A stretch of 64,000 bases of DNA from Paraphysomonas bandaiensis. Its lineage: Eukaryota > Protista > Chrysophyceae. Under the pieces are notes generated by a model. The model was not told the DNA's origin, ran no database searches, and was given only the letters and a program-made list of their open reading frames with translations. This document shows, piece after piece, positions 39,647 through 51,119 of the stretch. The stretch is from contig CBFFRP010000352.1 of NCBI GenBank assembly GCA_965644295.1, forward strand, positions 1 to 64,000, written 5' to 3'. The first letter of the stretch is position 1; the number at the start of each line of letters is the position of its first letter. The translations under genes and the position numbers were made by a program.

Positions 39647-40240
39647 ATGCGTGTTGTGTTGACAGGATTTGGAAAGTTTAATGGGGTTGATGAAAACCCA
39701 ACAGAACAGATAATAAAAGTTCTGCAAGAGAAACAGTCCGACGTTGCCTCAGAGTATTGTACATTGGAAGTTTCCGTCGATACTGTCAATTCATTCTGTG
39801 AAAGGTTCGATTGTAATGATACTATATTCGTACATTTAGGAGTACACAGCTCAACTGAATGTATGCTTTTGGAGAAGTGCGCCTACAATAATATGACATT
39901 CCGATGCCCAGATGAAAACGGCTATAATCCAGTGGGTGTATGTATTTGTGAAGATAGTGAACTAGACCAGTCTTTGGATACTAGCATTCCTGTTGATAGC
40001 ATTGTCTCTAGTTTGCAGTCTGAGAATTACAGGGTTAATGCGTCTGTGGATCCCGGTCGTTTCTTATGTAACTACATATTTTATCAATCTCTCCGGCGCA
40101 TGGTCAACAATGGGCTCTCAAAAACGGCAATTTTTATTCATGTCCCTCCTTTGAAATTCATGCCCCTTGATCAGCAGGTGAATTTTGTTGAGCGCTGCGT
40201 CCAACTAATATCGGAGAGCTTTGCAAGTCAGAATGTGTAA
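39647..40240 (+). CDS. Pyroglutamyl-peptidase I (peptidase C15)
   Basis: LTGFGKFNGVDENPT, VHLGV, LLEKCAYN (Glu), DPGRFLCNYIFY (Cys), FIHVPP (His). Confidence 0.93.
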   Translation: MRVVLTGFGKFNGVDENPTEQIIKVLQEKQSDVASEYCTLEVSVDTVNSFCERFDCNDTIFVHLGVHSSTECMLLEKCAYNNMTFRCPDENGYNPVGVCICEDSELDQSLDTSIPVDSIVSSLQSENYRVNASVDPGRFLCNYIFYQSLRRMVNNGLSKTAIFIHVPPLKFMPLDQQVNFVERCVQLISESFASQNV

Positions 40241-40619
40241 CCTACTATCCTCCTGAGACAAGCGGATAGAGTTCTGTTTCCTTGAAATTTGTATGAAATG
40301 ATTGAATACCGATATAGTTTGGGTAATTATATACTGTTTGCAATGACGCTGACAATGCGTGAAAATTCAGTGACTGCATGCTGGAGAAGGATTCACAGCG
40401 AGTCAATCACTGTAACAGTTGAATGTATCTATGTAGTATTTAGTGGTAGCACTTTTCCGCACTTTACTTGAATAAGCATTTTAATACAATAACCATATAT
40501 TAAATACGTTGGTTAGTTTTAGCTATGCTTTAGTTGTAGGACTTGGCAACTTATATCATATATGGATTCCACGACATGGGTTCCTTGCATACTTGACGAC
40601 TCGATTAGATATTGCGCTC

Positions 40620-40797
40620 GGGCTGGTGTTCAAAATCTCAATTAAGCCAATAAGACTCCACGATGGGAAAGGGACTATCTATGTGGTCCCTTTTCTAAAG
40701 TATTATACTCCGATGAATTGAGGGGTGGCATATAGTCCTTCTTTAGTCCGAAGAATCGGAGTTGGAGTTATCGTAGGTGTTTGTTTTGAACACGCCC
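40620..40797. mobile_element. Small PIF/Harbinger (Tourist)-like MITE
   Basis: GGGCTGGTGTTCAAAA ... TTTTGAACACGCCC imperfect TIRs, with internal inverted segments (aaagggac/gtcccttt). No clear TSD. Confidence 0.45.
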
Positions 40798-41602
40798 TGG
40801 TAAAAATATATTGGATTTCAATATAAATATTGCAATTATATATTTTGCTTGCTACAATATATTTAATATTTTAACGAAATTTGGCTTTGCAATATACTGC
40901 AATATACTGATATATTTTGCTCATGCTTGTGTGTCTTTGAAAATTGATTTGAATAATTATAAATTACTCTTCATAACCACATAGCTCAACAATTCTGACA
41001 ATTACCTGCAACGTATACGGTTATTCATGTTTCATATTAGAATTCGTATTGTTTCTGTCAAGCTATTCACCAAATAGTAAATTCCAATTTGTACTGTCCT
41101 CCGCGTACAACTAAAGACTGACGGAGTATATTTTTCATATGACCTCTGTAAGATCATGCCAGTGTAAACAGTCAATAAGCAAGATGCCAGTAAAGTGATA
41201 TCACCAAATCCGCCCAAACTATTATTCTAAACTATAATTCGATTCCACACTATTCGACCGTCTCCCTTTCAAATTTAATGTGTACAATTTGCGAACAAGC
41301 GAAGGAACCGTTTATATTTTGACAGTATAGTATGATGTATAGTTCCAGTGGATTCCCCATCTCTGATTATGATGTGTTTTGATCAAATCATTCTTCTGAT
41401 TTTGTTGTAATCGTTATTTATACCCTCACATGCTTATTTACTATTTCTTGTGGCAATTTCATACACTTACTACCCCACTATAAAGTAAACCATACCATCG
41501 AATTCATTAGGAGGGTATATATCATGTTTATACTCTATTCATTTACAACACAGACTGATGAGGTTACGACATGACAACACATACTACTATGTACACTTGC
41601 CA

Positions 41603-42211
41603 CTAAAACCGGGGATCCACAGCATTACGATGCTGTATATATAAGACCTGTTCCTCAGGAGTACGAGATCGTAGCCACATTTCGGTAACCATTTGTTTTG
41701 CTTGCTCGGCTTTAATTGCGATACACTCTGCATGAATATCCAGAGCATTACTGCAATTCTCATATATAATACTTAAACTGTCGTCGAGGTCCTTATCTCT
41801 CACGCAATTATAATTCTCGTTTTCTTCTGTAAAGTCACAAGAAGATTCAAAATCGGTATGATCTAGTTGGAAATCGCACCATTCCAAGCAGTTTGCATCA
41901 TAAAGCTGTTCGTATGAATAGCAATGGTCATAATTGTAAGTAGACTGTGATGGCGTGCGGGAGCTGAACTGTTCCTTAAGTTTCCGGTTAGCACTTCGCC
42001 AACAAGCAGAGTCGGCCCCCAAATTACTCTCATCTTCATCACAAATTTTGTGACCTGATCGCCAATTCGTGGAGTTAAGTGACGTCGACCTGAACTGTTT
42101 TTCGAGGTCATAATCACAGTCGTGTCTGCGACCCTTTCGTCTAGATGACTTATAGCCCCTGGACTGCTTGTAATAGGCATTGTCATGATAGAAGCGTACA
42201 CTTGTTGTCAT
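41603..42211 (-). CDS. Hypothetical protein (~202 aa, basic N-terminus, acidic middle)
   Basis: Open frame of about 600 nt with coding-like composition. No recognisable motif. Confidence 0.5.
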   Translation of the reverse strand: MTTSVRFYHDNAYYKQSRGYKSSRRKGRRHDCDYDLEKQFRSTSLNSTNWRSGHKICDEDESNLGADSACWRSANRKLKEQFSSRTPSQSTYNYDHCYSYEQLYDANCLEWCDFQLDHTDFESSCDFTEENENYNCVRDKDLDDSLSIIYENCSNALDIHAECIAIKAEQAKQMVTEMWLRSRTPEEQVLYIQHRNAVDPRF

Positions 42212-42674
42212 AGTTAAGTATATATTATCGTATAATATGAGTTGATATGTATAGTAACTATCACGAGATGAATGTGAGGGATGATAATATTGGAAGGAAT
42301 GGAGAGCCATTTGTTCTTATATGGTACAGGACACACACACACACTATCCCTTGAACTTCTCATCCAATCATTGGTGTCCTATCCAAGTTGTTGGTTGAAA
42401 TTGTGTATTACTCGCTGTAGAACACTGTATACAGTAGGTGTTATTGCCAGTAGAATTTTATTTGAAACAAATGTATGGAAACCCACTTTTCATTTTTATA
42501 TATTCATAAAATGAGGGGTTTATAAGTTCAAAACTTGAATATTTAAAGTATTGTAATCATGTAAATCATGTCGGGGACAGTACAGGCAGAGTGAGTATAT
42601 ATACATGACGACTTGAGCTCAGTGATAGAGCATGTCATGTCATTCATGGAGTAGCCGTGATCTTTAATAGAGAT

Positions 42675-43154
42675 ATGGAACTAAACAAAACGACATTACT
42701 TCGAATATATGAGGCTCCTAATCTCTCTATGGTTGACGATGTTCTCTGTGAGCTAGAGAGAGATCGCATCGTCGAGACACCCCTACAAAAACACACGACA
42801 TCTGCTTGTACACAGACGGAATATAGTGCATCGTCGAGTAGTACTGAAGATGATAATGATGATTTTGAATGGGATGAATCTCGTGTGGAGCGAGATGACA
42901 TCACTGCTGATGACAAGGAACCGAAACTTAAGTTCGTGTGTAGCATGCAGTATCATAGTGAGGGCGAGCTAGCAGCTATTGTTGGTCAAGTTTGGGTTGG
43001 AGAAGCTGAAGCATCGGTGGAGTTGCCAGAAGGTAGAGTTGATGTAAGTGAACCACCGCCGGACAGTTCAACGGAGAGTATAGAGACTGAGCAGCTACGA
43101 CGACTACTTGATATTGCAGCGTGGAGGCGATCAATATTGCACAATATAAAATAG
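42675..43154 (+). CDS. Hypothetical acidic protein (~159 aa)
   Basis: Open frame from MELNK with D/E-rich low-complexity sequence, divergent from the 41603-42211 ORF. Confidence 0.45.
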   Translation: MELNKTTLLRIYEAPNLSMVDDVLCELERDRIVETPLQKHTTSACTQTEYSASSSSTEDDNDDFEWDESRVERDDITADDKEPKLKFVCSMQYHSEGELAAIVGQVWVGEAEASVELPEGRVDVSEPPPDSSTESIETEQLRRLLDIAAWRRSILHNIK

Positions 43155-43329
43155 CGGTGTTGAGTCAGTATAGTCGTATTCCAACCGTTATTAATTTTTT
43201 GTGGCCGTGCTCGTCGTAGTTGTTTTAATATCTTGTGTAATAAGTTTTTGTGCTGATTTATATTCAATGTACACCATTTTACGTGTTCAGGTATTGTGAT
43301 TAAATGTTAAGAATAGTGAAGTACATATT

Positions 43330-45194
43330 TTCTTATCCTTAAATTGTAGCTTATTTTCATGATTTTGAAAACCTAGTATCTTCCTTTTAGATAAAACAGG
43401 TGTTCTGTATTCAGTAATTAACATTAGGAAAACAAATGAAAAATCAAAGTTTTGTTTCATAATGGAATGGCAATTGACCTATATTAACTCAAACCAGTAT
43501 CCAATATACCCCTAAATAGCTACAGCAAATTTACCTCTACCACAGAAGGATGTTGAGAGAATAGCAAACTGCGAGGAATGAATATAAAAAATAGCTACTT
43601 TTCGTTGGGGATGAGCGCAACAATAATCTCAGCTTATTAATCTATTATCCCCATTTTGTCTCAAAAAAAGTTTCATTTTTACCTTATTTAGTCTCAACAG
43701 AGCACTCATATCAGCCCCGGGCAAGTATAGACATTCAACTTCAATATTCGGTTCAACAGAAGCTCACTTCTATTTTAATTATGATAATGACAGTCATAAG
43801 TATGTGATTTTCATTATACATTATACTACACAATTGTAGAGAAACCACAATCATGAGTTAAATCATTAGACACTTCAAGTTATATTCCACCCTTCGTCTG
43901 ACAATGTGGAAGATCATAATGATGTTAGTGCAAGCGATCTATCTTCATAGCCAGGACTTCGAAACAACGTCAAGAATATTTCGGGAGAGTTTAGTACCAT
44001 ATCTGATGTATAGGCAGTGGCATCCAGTTGTTTAAGGGATTGGGTCGCATTGTGCTAATGAGGATATTGTGTGCCTCATATCATACACACATCATTCAAT
44101 CAGGTGCCTAGTAGAGGAGGTTAAACGCATGGTATATAAATGAGATGATGATGCTAATTAAGGCAATATGAAGCCTTTCGTGCGACTACAAGTGTTCACA
44201 TTCATCATCACATTCATGTACGAATTTCAACACCTCGCAGTGTTGAGTGAAACGTCGGAGTCATACGTCCACCGGTTTGTCCTATGAGGGTTTTGGTGGT
44301 TGCGTATCCGTCAGTTATGTCTCGTGATATGAAGAGTCTATCTACAGCTTTGAATTGAGAGGGAGTGTTGAGTTTTGCCGTTGGAGCAATTAAAAGCTGT
44401 AATTCTACCCATCAGTGATGTCTCGTGATGTTGTGAAGATTCAATGTACAACTGATGAGGTTTTGGTGGTTGCGTATCCGTCAGTTATGTCTCGTGGTTT
44501 GACAAATCAATGTACAGCTTTGAATTGAGAGGGAGTGTTGAGTTTTGCTGTTTGAGCAATTAAAAGCTGTAATTCTAAGATATTGGAATTATGACGGTTA
44601 CTGGAGAATACAGTAGTGGTTAACTGTATTATGAGAAGTGATATCATGACGATGTAAGATCGTACTAGAAATGAGTGGTAGTAGAGATAGCGTGATATAT
44701 TGCTTATTATATTTATTATAATCTTCTGTTATCTTAACTTGATAAATGAGTGAATACACGTCCAGTTAACTTAGTAAATCATCCAATTGTGCCATATCTT
44801 GACACGCAGTTGCTACTGTAATAATTTCATTAGTATCCTTCTGTGGTTGGAGTACATTTGTTGTAGCTATTAGATATATAAATTTGGGGGTTTATTGTTT
44901 GAGTTGACCTATAGTGCAAATGCTATTCCCAAGGCATACACAGCCACTATACATGCCATTCATTTGAAAGAACACGAATACTCATTTGTTTTCTTAATAA
45001 TAATCAGGAACTACCTATTTCTTATTACAGCAAGCAAGCTACTAAAGTAGCTATACAATCTAATATTATTTCAACATCATGAGGATAAGCTCCAATTTAA
45101 CCTAGGGATAAGGAGTATCGTCCCCTGTCTAAATTTTAAAATTCGGGCTTTTGCCCTCGCTTCAAAATTTTGAGCCTCCTTATTGCCCGTGGTT
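43330..45194 (+). mobile_element. Dispersed repeat family A, copy 2, plus an inverted partial copy (43330-43580) and a nested insertion (about 44230-44800)
   Basis: Homologous to 14013-14837. 43330-43580 is the reverse complement of the 44806-45115 segment. The nested insert contains a ~122-bp tandem duplication and matches 8949-9060. Confidence 0.8.
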
Positions 45195-45507
45195 TGTATG
45201 CGAGTACAAACTAACGATAGTGGTGGTGTCCTCTAAGATGCGTCAAAAACAAAGCTGAAGCTTAGAAAACAATAAAACATTTAGACCATTACTCACTAGA
45301 AAAAGCCGCTGATTCAATTGAAATATTGTACATATCGACGTTATCGAAAATGGGAACGACCGATATCACAAGACAACCATGACTGGCAAAATACAACAAA
45401 AGTGAATAAGTATCGGGGTGTACGATACACTATTCAAAGTCAAATACAAAAATATTTACATTCAAAACAGTTGAGCGAGTATAAGCCCCAGAAAAATGAA
45501 AAACATT

Positions 45508-48049
45508 TCACCCTCTGTATAGTTTATTTTTGTGCTCTTCAGCTGTTTCAAAGTGCTCTATGTTAACAATACCCTTAGCTGTAGATATAACCACATCATA
45601 AGGGAGGTAAAGCTGTTGGGCAAGATGCTGCCATCTAGCCCTTCCAAAAGTACTGCAAGGAAGCTTACACAGGTGCTCTGCCAAAGACGTGTTTCTCCGC
45701 ACTAGCGACCTCGAGCGAGAAAGAGTGCGATGATTCGTATTATTGTCGCTATTACACACAGACGGTACGACTGCTGGCTTATAGTAGTCGAAGTCGTAGC
45801 TGTAATTCTCTAGAACAAATTGATCCACACTTTCGTCTATGCTGTACTTGCTCTGACTTTTCATGTTTTTCCGCGCGTTGGACAACGATGCTGTACGGTC
45901 AAACATGACCGACGTTTTCTCCAGAACCTTTTTCAGATGCTCAAGACGCATGGCATATAGATAACCATCATCATGACTGTCAATATAAGTAGAAATCATG
46001 TCGTCCCCACATATAGATTTATTTGTACTTCCTTTCAATAGTGCTGTCGATCGAGACGTTAGCAGAGAGAGACGCATACGAGAAGATCCCTGGTGCATAT
46101 ATCTAGTAGAACCTACTCGAGGTGCACCACGACCGGAGGGGGACCGTCCATCCAAGTGAGAAGAAACCCGGGGTTGCAATGTAGTCCTATATGAGGGAGC
46201 GCGGGGATTAACTAACCCCATACATGACGGTTCCCGCGGGTTTAGGGTTCCAGGAGCATCGTCATCTGTTCCTGACATCGCTCGAGACCGACATCCTTCA
46301 GGTGCCTCATCACAGCAAATCACAGCGCTATGTTTCTCGAAAAACTTGCCGTTTAGAAGACCCCTAACTGTTGCACGACAAACAGATTTCTTCTCAACAC
46401 ACGACTTTATAAACCCATTGAACTCATTTGAGAACTCACATCCAGGCATCGGCACGTCCTCTTCACATATAAGGCGCAGCAAATCCCAGTAATCCTTTGC
46501 TGCTTTGCCCTGTGTATTGACGAGTGGGTAACGACCATGAATTACAGCCAGGAGTGTCATGCCAAAAGACCAGATATCGCTTGGAAAACTGTACTCCTTG
46601 TTCTGAATACGCTCAGGTGCCTGGGATGATGCAAAGGTATTAGTCACTCGCAAAGCAGCAAGAAGAGAGCAGAGAGCACATAAAATATATTCAACACATA
46701 TCCCCACCATATAGCAGACAGTTCCAATAAAATCTTGTTTGCTCTGGCGAGTTGCAAGAGGACTCATTGCCTTTGATATGCCAAAATCCGCCAACTTCAC
46801 CTGTCCATCACAGTTCAGTAATATATTTCCGGGTTTGATATCGCGATGCATCTGGTTGTGGCAATGGAGAAAGTCCAATCCCAACAAAACCTGATGGGCG
46901 ATGTCAGCAATTACTTCCTCGTCTTGGCACCCCCCGCTGTTCACCATATCTTGTAAAGAGCCGCCGTCCATATACTCTACAACTAGGTTAACCATCCCAC
47001 TCAGTGGGTCGAGAAATGCTAGAAACATAGGGTATGAGATAGGAATCCTCGTGAAGAGTAGGGCACTTACCATCGTACATAGCTAGTAGCTGAGGGCAAG
47101 GGCTAATGATTTCAGGATGCTTCGCGCTACCTTCGTCATCTTCTTCGTCGATTGTGCACCACATGGAACATCTTGGAGACCTTGCGGACGCCATATCCCC
47201 AGAGTGGACGCCCAGGCGCTCATCCATGAGCTTTAGCTCCGCTAAGTTCTGACACAATACACTCAACTCGTTAGATATCAGGCTCAAATCTTTCTCGTCG
47301 TACACAGGGAGCATTTTTAGAGCCACTATGGTCAGTGTAGGAACATGAAGCGCTTCGATAACGCTTCCAGAGTTGCCTGTATAACGTTGCACTCAGAACC
47401 TTACAGAAAATACATCGAGCAATACTGCAGCATTTATCAGTAGAAGGTACCCACCTGAACCAAGCTTGCCGATATGCACAAAGTCAAGCCGCCCTTTAGC
47501 CAGGAAAGAATGTGGGTGTGGCAATTGTGCCCCGTTAGTCATGCAGCGAGTAACCTCAATACCTCGCTCGCATATAGCCAATGGCCCCACATATACGGTA
47601 GAGTTCACTCGCCTCCCAACAGTCGTTACTCCATTAGCCCTCTTGTTCAAGGACATTCCTGTAGATTCCGAATCATCTTCAGATATGACCACCCTGAGGC
47701 TAGGCTTGGTCAGTTTCTTTGTGGAATGATCGGAGGGTGATAACACATTCGACGTGGCTGTGGACATTACACTCTCACTTTCACAGCCATCAGTACCATT
47801 CGTCGTCTTCCAGGTGCTACTAAAATTCTCTACTTTATGATAGTGTTGAAACAGCGCAATATTTTTCACGGAGGTTTTCGGCATCCGTTTTTTATCGAGT
47901 TTCGATTGAGAGTCCAAAGCATTGTGATCACTATCATTCGATCTGTCGCATGTGTCTTTCACCTGTACTTGCTTCCACGTACGCCATTTCTTTTTTCCCA
48001 CCTTCGTAATGGTATATATATCAGCGGGGAGACTGATTGCAGAGCCCAT
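45508..48049 (-). CDS. STE7/MAP2K-like protein kinase, multi-exon
   Basis: IGKLGSG|GNSGSVIEALHVPTLTIVALK, LVVEYMDGGSL, HRDIKPGNILL, VKLADFGI, FIGTVCYM|APERI, SDIWSFGMT. Confidence 0.9.
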
Positions 48050-48380
48050 TATGCCAAACAATACTCCACAACAGCTTAATTAAACACTGAGTAAGAGAAT
48101 TAAAAAGGGGATACACATCGATATCAAGACACCGCGTCTGACACCTGAACTTTAGTTGATATTACCAACGACATCACAGTGAGCGATGGAGGTGTGCACT
48201 GGATTGGTGGGTTGTGTGTCCTGACGACCTCTAAAATGGTGTGTTGAATTGGGATACTGTGAGGGAAGAAAAATTAACGTACCTCATTTTCTTACAGTAA
48301 TCTGATTGGTTCTTTACTTGAAGTGTTGTCCAATCATATCGATTTTATACGTGTGCACTTGCACCTATACGTACCAGGTA

Positions 48381-49803
48381 CAGTCAGTTCTCGATATCGT
48401 CAATGGATTGTACCATAGGGTTACAATTTCCAATAACGGACATTTTTACCATAAAAAACCCCGGGTTTTATTTTAAAAAAACAGGTTTATTTATAAAAAG
48501 CCAGTTTTTGTTTAAAAATTCAGATATTTTGCATAAAACTCAGTTTTTGGATATTAAAACCACGGTTTTATACTAAAAAACCCTAAGTCTATGGTAAAAA
48601 TTCTATATATCACAATTGAATTTAGCAGGATACTGTGTTTAAGGCTGAAAAACTTTCTATTACGGCACTACAGATTAATTATGTGGAAAGCCTTGTTATT
48701 ACATGATAAAAATGCGTTGTCTTAACGACACAGGACAGCTGTATAACATAGTTACTACATAACGCTGCTATAGTGTAGAATTAGATCTCTGCACCGAGAA
48801 AAAGTGCTGTATTGTTCGTTGTGACGAAGACCTTTTGCGCTTCTCTAAGTAACGTTTAGTAACTTCAGAAGCGGCCTTAACAAACGTGTAGTGCAAAGCA
48901 TCAGCATCCTCATCACTACTTCCCATAGTAAAGTCATATACAACACGCATGGCATCATTGAATTGATTCAAAGTTACCTTAGATGAAGTTGCAGGGTCAA
49001 TATTTGTATCAGTTTGACAATGATCATCCACCATCGGTATTTGCGGAGAAATAGAAAAAGATTCGAATCGCTCCATGGCTTCCTCAATTTCAGTTTCGAC
49101 AACCAATGGATCATTTTCCACATTACACCATAATTCCACTGCGCTTGCTCGCTGTTCGGCAGTAAACGAACTCATCTCAGTAATTCCTGAAACTATATCA
49201 GGCACAGCGGAAAGCTCCCTAACTTTGATACACAGAGTTGACATTAGGTTGAAATTTAATGTAGTCAACAATTTTCTTCTCCACCTCAGGAAATAAACCC
49301 TTCCGTTGCTTCTTGCGGCCTGTGCAAGTTTCAATCTTCAATGTCCCATTATCACTGGCTTTAATCCATTTGCATAATGCTGAACAGCTGAATATGTTCT
49401 TCTTGTATGCAACGAATTGGTTGAGGGTTTTGAAATGACCCTCTTTATATTCTTTCACGAAGTTACATTTCTGCACATCCGAGAAAGTACTCAAAGATTT
49501 CTTGCGCTTGGTACCGATGCTGCATTCAACTGACATCGTTACGTACAACAATGTGAGTATATATTATGAATGTGTTCATGATACTCTCTCTGTTGCATAC
49601 TCTCTGCACATACAGTATCCAATATATTGCTAACTTCTATAATCACTTTTACAAAAATCACGCAAAATAAGGGATTTTTATTAAAAAACTGTAGTTTTAT
49701 ATAAAATCGGGGGTTTTATCTTAAAAACCCTGTACCAAGCCTATTTCTTTTCCCATAACGGACATTTTTACCATACCTCGTTGACGATATCGAGAACTGA
49801 CTG
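48381..49803 (-). mobile_element. Internally deleted pogo/Tigger-type Tc1-mariner DNA transposon
   Basis: Perfect 23-bp TIRs CAGTCAGTTCTCGATATCGTCAA (48381-48403; 49781-49803) with TA on both sides. The ORF from 49536 has a CENP-B/Tc5-like HTH (RKKQRKGLFPEVEKKIVDYI) and joins out of frame to a C-terminal piece ending QRTIQHFF. No DDE core. Confidence 0.9.
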
Positions 49804-50169
49804 TACTGTACTGGTATATATGTATGTACACCTGGCCCTCAAAAATGTCGAGTATTTTTGGCTCATGCGCAGACTGCCGATACGGTACAGCAGGTGCTTT
49901 ATATCCTCTTCTCCATTCGTCACTATCGCAAGGTCAGGTATGGACAGAGCGATGAGTGTTACCTATCAAACCATCAGATACAGAACTCATCAATCGATAA
50001 GCAAGTGTTCAATTACATGAGTATTATATCGTTGTGAATAAGGGAAAATCCCCATAAAATGACTGGAGAGAGTAACGAGTAAACAGTGATGTGTTCGTTC
50101 GGTAAATAGTGAATGACTACTGCAATATATTTAGCCGCCTCCTGATGTTAACCAAAAAGAATGATGGCA

Positions 50170-50700
50170 GTAAGCTTCGGTAGTCTTTAAGAAAACGAAT
50201 GGCCTCGTCTTCCTCATCATCACCTTTCTCTTCATCGACTTCACCATCGCGATCAGGCACATAATTTATCAAAACGTGTCGCACCTGTGCTTTTTCAACG
50301 CGGTTCAGTTCTTCTTCCCTACGACGTTAAATTTTGACTACTCCTTTCTCGAAATCTGCATTTGAACATTGCCCGCGTCTGCACCTAGGTTGAATTTCAT
50401 CCCACGGTATAAATATTTCGAAGCAGTTGAATATCTACAATCACGCTATGCTATGTATCGCGACGATCGTTGTGGAGGTGCTCAGTTTTTCTTTGCCAAC
50501 GATTTCTGACATGGTATATTACTCTTGTGTGCTGAGGTTAAAGTGCATACTGACCCTTATACTGACTGTCAGTGAAGTACGGCTGAAGATGCTATTCGTG
50601 CTTGTGGTGATGCTAAATTAATTAGACAATAATTATAATTGCAATTTAATTGCTAAAAAACATTTGCAATTTAATTGCGATTAATTGTTACGCAGCCCTG
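50170..50700 (-). mobile_element. Possible decayed hAT-like transposon fragment
   Basis: Stop-interrupted NADFEKGVVKI*RRREEELNRVEKAQVRHVL. The end at 50700 reads CAGGGCTG on the minus strand, followed by caattaattg-type subterminal repeats also seen at about 8900. Confidence 0.3.
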
Positions 50701-51119
50701 ACTGTCACACACCACACACAATTATGATAAATAAAATGATAACGTGACTAGTATGCACATACATCCAAACTTCTATGCTAAGAGATAATGGGTTTGCACC
50801 TATGATCAGTAGCTACACTACTTAAGTATATATAATTTAGCCGGCCAATTAATTGCAATGAATAGGAGACCCTGATATATAGATTATCATTTTAAATAAT
50901 TAATACTTTATCGCTATTGAAACATTTTCTCATGAGGCTGATATAAAACCTTACTACACGGAAAACAGGTTGCAGTAAATATGACATAATGCTGTTTTAA
51001 TACTCCACGAATTTCAGAATAAAAAAAACTTGAAAACAAGTACGGTACGAATATGTCCAACAACTACGTCGTCATTGATATATAGTGAGTAGAATTTAGA
51101 TATTCTTATTGGTCAATTA

